Shown here: positions 36,950 to 46,565 of the stretch, one piece after another
Layout: the number at the start of each line of letters is the position of its first letter
Position numbering within the stretch: position 1 is the first letter of the stretch
Assembly (NCBI GenBank): GCA_965222375.1
Contig: CBDCTZ010000016.1
Location: forward strand, 64,001-128,000
DNA from: Polyangiaceae bacterium
GTDB taxonomy: Bacteria; Myxococcota_A; Polyangia; Polyangiales; Polyangiaceae
Direction of reading: 5' to 3'
Length of the DNA: 64,000 nt
Made by a program: the position numbers and the translations under genes
Notes under the pieces: generated by a model
What the model was told of the DNA's origin: nothing
Database searches by the model: none
Seen by the model: the letters and a program-made list of their open reading frames with translations, nothing else

Positions 36950-38254
36950 ATGCTGGACGGTCGCTACGTAGCCGAACACCTGGAGGAAACCAAAGCCGCA
37001 TTACGGCGGCGCTCCGAAGACGCAGCCAGCGGTTTGGACTCCGCGGACACGCTCTTCGCGAACCGCCGCGCCTTGATCCAAGCGACAGAAAAGCTCCAGG
37101 CGGAGCGCAACCAAGCCAGCCAAGAGATGGGTGCCCTGGCCAAGGGTCCAGACAAAGCGGCCTTCCAAGCGCGCCGCGCAGAGCTCAAGACGCTCTCCAA
37201 CGAGATCAAGAAGCGCGAAACCGAGCTGTCCAAGGTCGAGCAAGAAGTAGAAGATCTCCTGCTCGGGATCCCCAATACACCCCATGCCTCGACACCGGAT
37301 GGCGAAAACGAGGACGACAACGTCGTGCGGCACGTGCAGGGCGAGGCAAGGAGCTACGACTTCGAGCCCAAGGCCCACTGGGACCTGGGCGCAGCTCTGG
37401 GCATCTTGGACTTCGAGCGCGCTGCCAAGCTTTCCGGCGCTCGCTTTGCGGTGCTCTGGGGTGCAGGCGCGCGGCTGGAGCGTTCTCTGATCTCCTTCAT
37501 GCTGGACTTACACACCAAACAGCATGGCTACACGGAAGTCCTCCCGCCGTTTCTCGTGCGGGGCGACGCCTTGCGCGGAACCGGCCAACTACCCAAGTTC
37601 GAGGCCGACCTGTTCAAGACCCAGCGCAGCGACCCCGAGGACCCTTCGGCCCTGTACTTGATCCCCACGGCGGAGGTTCCCGTCACCAACCTGCACGCCA
37701 ACGAAATCCTCGATGGTTCGTCGTTGCCCCTCACCTACACGGCCTACACGCCCTGTTTTCGCAGCGAGGCAGGCTCCTATGGCAAAGACGTGCGCGGGCT
37801 AATCCGCCAACACCAATTCGACAAGGTGGAACTCGTGCGCTTCGTCGAGCCCAGTCAGGCGCTAGACCAACTCGAGCTGTTGCGCGGACACGCGGAAGAA
37901 GTCCTGAAACGGCTGGAACTGCACTACCGCGTGACGGAGCTGTGCACTGCCGACATCAGCTTCTCCGCCGAGAAGTGCTACGACCTCGAGGTTTGGCTTC
38001 CGTCGCAGCAGGCGTATCGGGAGATCTCCAGCTGCTCGAGCTTCGGGCAATACCAAGCACGCCGTGCCAGAATCCGCTACCGCCCACAGCCGAAAGCCAA
38101 ACCCATGTTCGCCGCAACACTGAACGGCTCGGCACTAGCGGTTGGGCGAACTCTCGTGGCCCTCTTGGAGCAGAACCAACAAAAGGACGGCAGCGTCACC
38201 ATCCCCAAGGCGCTCGTGCCCTACTTCGGGGCAGAAGTACTCACGCCTCCCTGA
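36950..38254 (+). CDS. serS: Serine--tRNA ligase
   Basis: GTGQLPKF, LIPTAEVP, CFRSEAG, GLIRQHQFDKVE, YREISSCS, TLNGSALAVGR. Confidence 0.98.
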   Translation: MLDGRYVAEHLEETKAALRRRSEDAASGLDSADTLFANRRALIQATEKLQAERNQASQEMGALAKGPDKAAFQARRAELKTLSNEIKKRETELSKVEQEVEDLLLGIPNTPHASTPDGENEDDNVVRHVQGEARSYDFEPKAHWDLGAALGILDFERAAKLSGARFAVLWGAGARLERSLISFMLDLHTKQHGYTEVLPPFLVRGDALRGTGQLPKFEADLFKTQRSDPEDPSALYLIPTAEVPVTNLHANEILDGSSLPLTYTAYTPCFRSEAGSYGKDVRGLIRQHQFDKVELVRFVEPSQALDQLELLRGHAEEVLKRLELHYRVTELCTADISFSAEKCYDLEVWLPSQQAYREISSCSSFGQYQARRARIRYRPQPKAKPMFAATLNGSALAVGRTLVALLEQNQQKDGSVTIPKALVPYFGAEVLTPP

Positions 38255-38327
38255 GCGCGTAGGCACGCCGGGCAGCAGGTCGAACCCGTGGTCCTCGAAC
38301 GTCACGCCTCCCTGAGCGCGTAGGCAC
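38241..38327 (+). repeat. Exact 26-bp direct repeat of the serS 3' end with a 35-bp spacer
   Basis: TCACGCCTCCCTGAGCGCGTAGGCAC at 38241-38266 and 38302-38327. Confidence 0.9.
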
Positions 38328-38403
38328 CACTCGGCAGCGAGGGCTGGAGAAAACGTTTCCGACCGCAGCGTCCTATCCCAAAGTTTGATCCTGGAGGTTT
38401 CGT

Positions 38404-39074
38404 ATGAAGCTGAATGTGCTTGGTCTTTTCTTGGTATCCGGGTTGGCTTTCACGCTGGGGTGCGGCTCTAGCTCCGACGGCAGCAGCGGCGGAGGCGGCT
38501 CTGCGGGAAGCAGCAGCGGCGGTTCCGCGGGAAGCAGTGGCTCCGCGGGAAGCGGTGGCTCCGCCGGAAGCAGCAGCGGCGGCTCCGCGGGAAGCGGTGG
38601 TGGCGCAGTCGCCCTGTGTGAAGAAGTCTGCACGCTGACCGCGGGCGTCGGTTGCACCAACGAGACCAAGGCTGCCTGACGGACTGCAATGCTCAGTACA
38701 GCACCTGCAAGGCGGAGTTCGACGCCATCGGCGCATGCATCAAGAGCACTGCCAAACTGTCTTGTCAGCCTGACGGAGATTTGAAGATCGAAGGTTGTAA
38801 CTCCGAGCTCGTGCCGTTTGCGACCTGCTCCGCGTGCCTGCCAAGCGTCGACGACGACGCCTGCGAAAAGTGCTCTGCCAATAGCTGCTGTTCAGAGAAC
38901 AAAGCGCTGTTCCAAGCATCAGACATCTTCAAACTGGTCGACTGCGCCAACGCCTGTCCCCCGAATGACGTTGCGTGCAACACGGCTTGCTTCAACGCCA
39001 ACCTTGAGGCGAAGAAGGCGTTCGAAGATCTGCAAGCTTGCCAGGGCAAGAACTGCAGCGCCGCCTGCACTTGA
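38404..39074 (+). pseudogene. Gly/Ser- and Cys-rich lipoprotein, frameshifted
   Basis: Signal + lipobox + SAGS linker in 38404..38679; the Cys-rich domain continues in another frame (CLTDCNAQY...) from about 38673. Confidence 0.75.
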
Positions 39075-39196
39075 TCCTCCCTCGCCATGCTAGCTGCCCG
39101 CGCGAGCGACGCAGAACGCCGTCGTTCCGACGATCACGATGAAGAAGACCCACAGCACCAGGACGTAGGGCGGGGTGCCTGAAAGCGCGCCGCGCC

Positions 39197-41545
39197 CTAC
39201 TTCTTCTTGCCCTTTGTGGGCTTGGCGGCTTTCGGATCCTTTTGTGCCTCCAAGGCCTTCTTCTCGTCGGCCAGGCGCTGGCGGATGTGCTTCATCGTCT
39301 TGCGAAACGCTTTGGCCTGAGAGGCGCACATCGGTGGGCAAGGCCGACGTTTCCACCGGCCACAACCCCGCTTCTTGCCAGTGGAGTACAGCGCCAAAGC
39401 AGCAATGGCACGCGAATCACCTTGACTCTTCGCCCGAGGCAACAGCGAAATTCTGGCGCTGCAGCTGGGCGCATTTCGTAGATCAAAGGCAATGGCGAGG
39501 CCCGCGGTGAAGCGTTGGCGCACCTCCGACGATTCGAGCCGCTTCTTCGCTGACTTGTGCAGCTGCGGCGAGCTCAAATAGAGTTCGTATAGGAGGTCTG
39601 GCCCATGCGAACCCATCTTATGGGACATGAGATCGAGCACCGCTTCGGACTCATCGCCGTGAGCCAGCTTCATGAGCAGCGGCCGCAGTGCGTCGTCCGC
39701 TGCCTGAGCCGGGTCTTTTTGAAACAGTTTCTCGAAGGCGGTCAGCGCCTCCTTGGTTTGCCCACCCTCCGTGGCCGCTTGCACGGCCCAAGCCCGTAGC
39801 ACCTGGGGCTCGTCGGGGTGTCGATCCGCCAGCGCGCGCAGCGCCGGCAGCCCACTGCGCATGGCTTCGGCGACTTCGCCCTCTAGGTTCCGCTGCACCG
39901 GCGCAGTGGCACTTGCGGCAGGCATGGCGCTGCCGCTGGTATCAGGCGCCACCGCTGACTTTGCGGTCGGTGGCTCGGCCGTCAACGCGGTGCTACTCAG
40001 CGCCGCCCGCGTGGGCAAGGGTTTCATGGCCCGAAGCCCCAACACGAAGGCAGCCAGGGTTACGGTCACCGCGAACACCCTGACCCCAACCGCAGCCAAC
40101 ATTCGGGCCCAGCGCTCGGGACGACGCCCTGCCTTGCGGTTGATGATCGTAGCGATGGCCCAAACCGCGGCGATCATGAACAGCGCCAAATCCCAGCCAA
40201 CCCAGGCGGACGGCCAGCTGTCGCGGGTCAGGTAGCGCGCACACCTCAGGGCGAGCACCACCACCCCGTAGCCAACCAGAGCGGCCACGAGAGGCGCGCG
40301 GATCGCTGTCACCGCATCGATGACCTTCGCACTGTTGTTCCAGATCTTGCGTCGCACTCGCGACGCCAACAGCACGACCGGGGTCAGCGCCGTGCCCATC
40401 ACGCCGAACATCGCAATAAGCAGCTCGGTATTGGTCAACTCCCGCTTCGTGATGGATGTGGCCAGACCCACGGCGGCCGCCACAGCGATCGCGCCGCTCA
40501 ACCCAACCGCGGCCATCAAGAGTGCTGCCAGGCGAACGCGACCCCAGCGCACGTCGTCCTCGGTTTCCAGCGCCACCACCGACTGTTGGGTGGCCCGCAT
40601 CGCGGGCAGCTTGTTGTTGACGGACAACTGCTCTTCGAGAGTCGTGAGCGCCGCGAGGAGCTCTGCCATGGACTGGTAGCGATCCGAAGGATCCCGCGCC
40701 ATGGCTCGATGGATCACTAGCTCCACGCTCTCAGGGACCGCAGGGTTGACGGTCTTGGGCCGCTGGGGCTCTCGACTCATCACGGCCAGGATCGTCTGTT
40801 GGGGCGATTCTTCCTCGAAGGGCGGTCGGCCCGTCACCGCGGTGTACAGAATGGCACCCACGCCGTAGATGTCAGTTCGATGATCGCCGCGTTCGCCCCG
40901 TGCCTGTTCGGGCGACATGTACGAGGGTGTGCCCATCACCACCCCCGCACGTGTAACCGTCGAGCGCGAACCGTCGACGAAGCGGGACAAGCCAAAGTCA
41001 ATCACCTTGACCTCGGAACTGGCCACCGGTCCCATCAAGAAGATGTTCTCGGGTTTGAGGTCCCGGTGCACCACTCCACGCTCGTGCGCGGCGGCCAAAG
41101 CTGCGGCCACGTGCCGCGCAATTCGCACAGCGATTAGCCCATCCAGGCTGCTGACTTCCTCGAGAAGGATCGCGAGATCTTGCCCGTCCAAGAACTCGTA
41201 CACCATGAAGGGCACACCCTGGGGCGTGACTCCGACATCGAAGACTTCGACGATGGACTCGTGCCTCAGGGATGCAACGGCGTCGGCTTCTCGCTGGAAT
41301 CGCTCAACAAGCTCGGTGTTCCTGGAGAGATCCGCGTTGAGCACCTTCAAGGCATACCGTTTGTGCGCGATGCGCATATGCCGCGCCTCGAACACGCGGC
41401 TCATGCCCCCTTCCCCCACCATCCGCTCGATACGGTAGGTGTCGTTCAGGACCGTCCCGACAAGCTCCTCATCCTCCCCGCTCAGGGAGCCAGTTGCGGG
41501 CCCGGATGTGGGCTTTTCGACGACCGTTGGATCTTCGGAGTTCAT
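39197..41545 (-). CDS. Membrane Ser/Thr protein kinase (Hanks type)
   Basis: VGEGGMSRV, ALKVL, HRDLKPEN, DFG, GTPSYMSPEQ; multiple TMs and a C-terminal Cys-containing domain. Confidence 0.95.
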   Translation of the reverse strand: MNSEDPTVVEKPTSGPATGSLSGEDEELVGTVLNDTYRIERMVGEGGMSRVFEARHMRIAHKRYALKVLNADLSRNTELVERFQREADAVASLRHESIVEVFDVGVTPQGVPFMVYEFLDGQDLAILLEEVSSLDGLIAVRIARHVAAALAAAHERGVVHRDLKPENIFLMGPVASSEVKVIDFGLSRFVDGSRSTVTRAGVVMGTPSYMSPEQARGERGDHRTDIYGVGAILYTAVTGRPPFEEESPQQTILAVMSREPQRPKTVNPAVPESVELVIHRAMARDPSDRYQSMAELLAALTTLEEQLSVNNKLPAMRATQQSVVALETEDDVRWGRVRLAALLMAAVGLSGAIAVAAAVGLATSITKRELTNTELLIAMFGVMGTALTPVVLLASRVRRKIWNNSAKVIDAVTAIRAPLVAALVGYGVVVLALRCARYLTRDSWPSAWVGWDLALFMIAAVWAIATIINRKAGRRPERWARMLAAVGVRVFAVTVTLAAFVLGLRAMKPLPTRAALSSTALTAEPPTAKSAVAPDTSGSAMPAASATAPVQRNLEGEVAEAMRSGLPALRALADRHPDEPQVLRAWAVQAATEGGQTKEALTAFEKLFQKDPAQAADDALRPLLMKLAHGDESEAVLDLMSHKMGSHGPDLLYELYLSSPQLHKSAKKRLESSEVRQRFTAGLAIAFDLRNAPSCSARISLLPRAKSQGDSRAIAALALYSTGKKRGCGRWKRRPCPPMCASQAKAFRKTMKHIRQRLADEKKALEAQKDPKAAKPTKGKKK

Positions 41546-41671
41546 TTTCCGAAACGACTGAGGACGCGAGCCCCGGACTGGAGACACTATCACAGCACAA
41601 GCGCGCCTTCGTCTCGCTCGGCACCCACAAGGTGCGCCGGACAAACTTGAGTGAATTCAGGCCGATGGCGG

Positions 41672-43972
41672 TCAGCGCCGACGGCTCTGCCCAGTGCCAC
41701 GCTGCAATCGCGGCCGCTTCTTGCCCTGCTTTTTCCGATCCTCGGCTTTGGGCGGTGCCTTCCGCCCTCTCGCCTGCTCGGGCCGCCCCTTTCTGCCGCG
41801 GCCGCGAGCCTTGGTGCCCTTGCCCGCTGCACGTACGACTTTGTCCGGCGGAACGCGGCGCGCGTAGGTCATGCGGCGCAACACCGCGACGTCCTCAATC
41901 TCCACCAATAGGGGATCCCCGAGTTGCAAGGTGTCGCCGCTGTGGAGCCCCACCACGGAGAGCTCGTTGTCGTCCAGCTCGTAGCGATCCGGGCCGAGCG
42001 CGTCGTAGCGCACCAACACGTCCACGAAGGGCTCCTGCAGAGTCACAAAGACACCACTGCCCACCATTGCGGAGATCGTACCCTCAAGCACGTCACCGAT
42101 GCGGTCGCGCATGTACAGAACACGGTACAAATCCACGACCTCGCGCTCCACGACCATCGCCGCCCGCTCCCGCACGCTGGATTGCGTCGCAGACGCACGC
42201 AAGGCCTCGACCGCGCTCGGCGACGTGTCCGGTTTGTTGCCGCGAGACAGGGACTTCACCGCACGATGCACCTCGATGTCCGGATAACGGCGGATAGGCG
42301 AGGTGAAGTGCAAGTAGGCATCCGAAGCCAAGCCGAAGTGCCCCACGTTCACGATGTCGTAGACGGCCTGCTTCAGGGACCGAAGCAGCAGCATCTCCAA
42401 TACGTTCTTGCGAGGGTGGTCGTGAATCTTCTTCAAGAAGCGCCCAACACCAAGCGGGTCGACCAGCTCGTTCAGATCCACCGCCACCCCCAGGCGCTCC
42501 GCTACATCCGCGAGACGCTCCAGCTTTTTCTCGTCGGGGCGGGCGTGCACTCGGTACACAGCCGGAGATCGCTTGCTACTCAGCCATTCCGCGACCAGCT
42601 CGTTCGCGAGCAGCATCAGCTCTTCGACCATCTGATAGGCGCGCTTGATTCCGGGGTCTTCCGCGCGCCGCTCCACCCCGATGGGCGCACCAGTCTTCGG
42701 ATCCAACACCACCTTGGGTTCAGGCAGATCGAGATCGAGGGCGCCTCGCTTCATGCGCTTGCGGCGCAGTTTGCGCGACACCTCGTCGATGCACTTTAGG
42801 CCCTTCTTCAAAGATTCCGCCGGCGCACTGCGAGGTGGTTTGTTGGTGAATCCAAGAGCGCGGGCCACACCACCGTAGGTCAGCATGGCCTGAGAACGCA
42901 TCACGCCTTCGACGATTTCGAAGTGGGTCACCGTCGCGGACTTGTCCATGTCGGCGACCACGCACATGCAGAGCCGCTCCGCGTCTGGCAGCAGCGAGCA
43001 GACATCGGAAGCCAGCGCCGCCGGCAGCATCGGAATCGCGCGATCCGGCATATAAATGGTGCAACCGCGTGACACGGCCTCGGCGTCCAGGGCTGAACCC
43101 GGTTCCACGTACTCGGCCACGTCTGCAATGGCGATCCACACGCGATAGCCATCGTGCGTCTTCTCGACCCAAAGGGCATCATCATGATCCCGAGCGTCCT
43201 CGGGGTCGATGGTCGGTAGAGGCACGTTGCGCAAGTCGACGCGCCCCTCTTTGGGTGATTTGAGTAGCCGAGCAGCAAGGGCCTCCGCTTCACGAACCGC
43301 GGCGTCGGGATGGTCCTCTTCGATCTGTTCCCGCACCAAGATCTTGGCGACCTCGCAATTCGGGTCTCCGGGCACCCCGAGCACGGCCACCAACTCGCCC
43401 TCGGGGTTTTCGTCGGCCCGCTCAGGAAAGCGTGTGATGGTCACGACAGCGGCGTCGCCATCCTCGCCTTCGTGTTTTCCGATCAGCACGATCGGGCCGC
43501 GCACGCGAGTGTCATCCGGTTCGAGCCAACTGCTCTTGCGCCTTCGATGCAGCACGCCAGCGACCCGCGGATTGCGGCGCTGCACGATGGCTTCAATCCG
43601 TCCCTCATGGCCACGGCTGGTTCGACTGATCACGGAGATGCACACCTTGTCGCCGTGCATACCTGCACCCAAGCCATCGGCCGCGATGTAGACGTCGGGC
43701 TGCCCCACCGCGGTCACGAAACCGAAACCGCGAGGATTGACGCTCAGAACGCCCTCCCAGCTTTCTCCATCGGTCCTGGGCTGGGCCTTGAACCGCCCGC
43801 CGGGCAGACGCCCAATCGTTCCATCGAAGCTCAGTTGGTCCAAGAGCTCGAGCAGGCGAGAATAGGACGCTTCGTGCACACCACAGCGCTTGGCGATCGC
43901 ACGCGCGTGCAGGGGCCGGCCGGATTCCGCCAAGCAGCCGACGATGTCTCCACGGGACGGAAGGGGTCGCAT
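41672..43972 (-). CDS. rnr: Ribonuclease R (VacB/RNase II family)
   Basis: NPRGFGFV cold-shock domain, TIDPEDARDHDDA, VEELMLLAN, YLHFTSPIRRYPD, S1 domain, basic tail. Confidence 0.95.
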   Translation of the reverse strand: MRPLPSRGDIVGCLAESGRPLHARAIAKRCGVHEASYSRLLELLDQLSFDGTIGRLPGGRFKAQPRTDGESWEGVLSVNPRGFGFVTAVGQPDVYIAADGLGAGMHGDKVCISVISRTSRGHEGRIEAIVQRRNPRVAGVLHRRRKSSWLEPDDTRVRGPIVLIGKHEGEDGDAAVVTITRFPERADENPEGELVAVLGVPGDPNCEVAKILVREQIEEDHPDAAVREAEALAARLLKSPKEGRVDLRNVPLPTIDPEDARDHDDALWVEKTHDGYRVWIAIADVAEYVEPGSALDAEAVSRGCTIYMPDRAIPMLPAALASDVCSLLPDAERLCMCVVADMDKSATVTHFEIVEGVMRSQAMLTYGGVARALGFTNKPPRSAPAESLKKGLKCIDEVSRKLRRKRMKRGALDLDLPEPKVVLDPKTGAPIGVERRAEDPGIKRAYQMVEELMLLANELVAEWLSSKRSPAVYRVHARPDEKKLERLADVAERLGVAVDLNELVDPLGVGRFLKKIHDHPRKNVLEMLLLRSLKQAVYDIVNVGHFGLASDAYLHFTSPIRRYPDIEVHRAVKSLSRGNKPDTSPSAVEALRASATQSSVRERAAMVVEREVVDLYRVLYMRDRIGDVLEGTISAMVGSGVFVTLQEPFVDVLVRYDALGPDRYELDDNELSVVGLHSGDTLQLGDPLLVEIEDVAVLRRMTYARRVPPDKVVRAAGKGTKARGRGRKGRPEQARGRKAPPKAEDRKKQGKKRPRLQRGTGQSRRR

Positions 43973-44077
43973 GAGGGCCTTGTAGCCCAGAATCCCCGGC
44001 CGCGGGGCTGGCGGGAGTTCAGAACAAAACCGCGAATGAATCCGCGTCTTTGCACGGCAACGCCAGGGGCGTCTAAG

Positions 44078-45373
44078 ATGCGGTCCGTGCACACTGCCGG
44101 CTGGATGATCGCGCTTCGAATTTCGGTGCTGGTCGCCCTGGCCACCAGTGCGGCCTTGCTGGTGGACTACACCAGTTTCAATCCGGCTTTCTGCAGCCCA
44201 GGCTCGGGTTGCGCTTCGGTCCGCGCGAGCGGCTTCGGCTACGTCGCTGGTGTGCCCGTTCCCTTGCTGGGACTCTTGGGCTTCGGGCTGCTGTACGTTC
44301 TGTCGCTTTCCAAGTCCGCTGGCGCGAAGCGCTGGATTGCCCCGACGGCGACAGCTGGCGGCGTCATCGCCGTGCTCTTGATCTTGCTGCAGGCGGTCGT
44401 GATCGGTCACATCTGCACGTATTGTGTGGTTGTCGACCTCGCCGGCATTGCGGCAGGGGCAGCAGCGCTCGGCTACACGCGTGCCGGTGGCTCGAGGATC
44501 GTCAACGGCGAGGTGTTGCCGAGCTTCAGCTGGATCGCCCTGGGCGCCATTGCCATTGGCGCGCCACTGATCTGGCCGAAAGTTCGCCCCAAGCCCAATG
44601 TGCCGGCAGCCATTCAGGCGTTCTATGTGGCCGGCAAGATCAACGTCGTCGAGTTCGCTGACTTCCAGTGCCCCTTCTGCCGCATGCTGCATCCGCAGCT
44701 GAAGGCGATCACCCGCGACTATCCGGGCCAAGTGAACTTCGTGCGCATGAACATGCCTTTGGATCGGCACCCTCACGCCATGGACGCCGCCCGCGCTTAC
44801 GTCTGCGCCGCCGAGCAGGGCAAAGGTGAAGAGATGGCTGACGCTCTCTTCGAGACCGAGGAGCTCTCGGTCGCATCGAACCGACGACTCGCGGTGCAAA
44901 TGGCCCTCGACGCAAACAAATATGACGCGTGCCTGAAGGACCCAAAGACCGAGGCCGGGATCCGAAAGGAATCACAAATCCTCCGAAAAGCCGGCTTCCA
45001 AGGCTTGCCCACCACCTACGTGGGTAACGAGATCATCGTCGGCGCCCAAGGCGAAGAAGTCTTTCGCGAAGCCTTCGACCGCGCCGCCAAGGGTGCCGGC
45101 AACACCGGAGTACCGGGCTGGGCATTCCTGATCGGCGTGGTCGTCCTGGCCGGAGCGGCCGTCGGGATCGGCCGCATGCGATCCAACGGCGGCGGCGCGG
45201 CACACGCACCCCAAACCGCTAAGGCCAAGATATCCAAGAAGACCGGGCCCCGAGCCGAGGAGGCCGAAGCAGACGAAGACGAAGACGAAGACGACGAAGA
45301 CGACCCAAGCGGCCCCCAAGGGGCCGGAGACTCCGCGAACGAAGCAGACGAAGAGGACGACTCCACTAGCTGA
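44078..45373 (+). CDS. VKOR-DsbA/thioredoxin fusion membrane protein
   Basis: CSPGSGCASV and CTYC (VKOR); EFADFQCPFC and GLPT (DsbA); extra TM and acidic tail. Confidence 0.88.
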   Translation: MRSVHTAGWMIALRISVLVALATSAALLVDYTSFNPAFCSPGSGCASVRASGFGYVAGVPVPLLGLLGFGLLYVLSLSKSAGAKRWIAPTATAGGVIAVLLILLQAVVIGHICTYCVVVDLAGIAAGAAALGYTRAGGSRIVNGEVLPSFSWIALGAIAIGAPLIWPKVRPKPNVPAAIQAFYVAGKINVVEFADFQCPFCRMLHPQLKAITRDYPGQVNFVRMNMPLDRHPHAMDAARAYVCAAEQGKGEEMADALFETEELSVASNRRLAVQMALDANKYDACLKDPKTEAGIRKESQILRKAGFQGLPTTYVGNEIIVGAQGEEVFREAFDRAAKGAGNTGVPGWAFLIGVVVLAGAAVGIGRMRSNGGGAAHAPQTAKAKISKKTGPRAEEAEADEDEDEDDEDDPSGPQGAGDSANEADEEDDSTS

Positions 45374-45397
45374 CCCTGAGTCATGCTATGCTCAGAC

Positions 45398-46561
45398 ATG
45401 GCAGACCTAGACAGCGCCGAACACCTCGACGAAAACGGTCACGTCCCCTTCGAGGTATTCCAAGCGCTGCCAAAAACCGATCTGCATGTGCACGTCGACG
45501 GGTCGCTGAGGCTCGAGACCATCCTCGAGCTCGCGGCTGAAGAACAGATCCCCCTGCCCGCCGACAGCGTGGACGGCCTTCGCAACGCCATTGGCTGCGG
45601 GCGTATGTTTGGCTCTCTAGTCGACTACCTTCGCGGCTTCGAGATCACCCTCAAGGTGATGCAAACCGAAGAGGGCTTGGAACGCATCGCTTTCGAACTT
45701 GCCGAAGACGCCCATGGGGAAAACGTGCGCTACATGGAAGTGCGCTACTCACCCATGCTGCACACCCAGCGCGGGCTGAAGTTGACCAAGGTCGTGGAAG
45801 CCGTACTCGACGGTCTGCGCAGGGCCCGAGAAACCTATGGCATTAAAGCCAACGTGATCATCTGCGGGATCCGCAACATCTCGACGGAATCCTCCTACGA
45901 GATGGCGGAGTTAGCCGTCGCCTACAAAGGCCGCGGCGTCGTCGGCTTCGACCTGGCTGGCGCGGAGGCAGACAACCCGGCCAAACACCACAAACTGGCC
46001 TTCCAGCTCGTGCGGGACAACAACATCAACTGCACCATCCATGCTGGAGAAGCCTACGGCCCCGAGTCGGTCGCCCAGGCCATCCACGTCTGCGGCGCGC
46101 ACAGAATCGGCCACGGGGTACGTCTACGCGAAAGCGGCGACCTGCTGCACTACGTCAACGACCATCGCATCCCCCTGGAGTGCTGCCCCTCCAGCAACGT
46201 GCAGACCGGTGCCGTCCGCGATCTGTCGAGCCACCCGCTGACTCTCTATTTCGATCTCGGGTTGCGCGTGACCGTCAACACCGACAATCGCCTGATCACG
46301 GACACGTCCGTATCCAAGGAGCTCTACTTGGCCCACACCCAAATGGGCATGTCCTTCAAGGACATCAAGAGCATGATCGTGGGCGGCTTCAAATCCAGCT
46401 TCCGGCCCTTCCACGAAAAGCAGGCTGCTCTACGACGGGTCACCGCCGAGATCGAACGCTTCGACGACGAGGGTCGGTTGCGACCCGACGCACCGCCGTC
46501 GGGCTCGGAGCTACGGAGCCGACCCAGCGCGCCGAAGCCCACCGCACCGCGCTTGGGTTGA
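45398..46561 (+). CDS. add: Adenosine deaminase
   Basis: LPKTDLHVHVDGS, GFDLAG, TIHAGE, RIGHG, ECCPSSN, VNTDN. Confidence 0.95.
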   Translation: MADLDSAEHLDENGHVPFEVFQALPKTDLHVHVDGSLRLETILELAAEEQIPLPADSVDGLRNAIGCGRMFGSLVDYLRGFEITLKVMQTEEGLERIAFELAEDAHGENVRYMEVRYSPMLHTQRGLKLTKVVEAVLDGLRRARETYGIKANVIICGIRNISTESSYEMAELAVAYKGRGVVGFDLAGAEADNPAKHHKLAFQLVRDNNINCTIHAGEAYGPESVAQAIHVCGAHRIGHGVRLRESGDLLHYVNDHRIPLECCPSSNVQTGAVRDLSSHPLTLYFDLGLRVTVNTDNRLITDTSVSKELYLAHTQMGMSFKDIKSMIVGGFKSSFRPFHEKQAALRRVTAEIERFDDEGRLRPDAPPSGSELRSRPSAPKPTAPRLG

Positions 46562-46565
46562 ACGC

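Noticed and set aside
38241..38327. Minimal CRISPR array (26-bp repeat, 35-bp spacer)
   Set aside because: Only two units, the repeat overlaps the serS coding end, and there are no cas genes or AT-rich leader.
41672..45373. Long 5' extensions and overlaps of ORFs 41672..44899 and 43310..45373 (also 6851..8656, 51090..52436) and the many antisense ORFs
   Set aside because: Shadow frames expected at high GC; recognisable motifs begin only at the downstream starts given.
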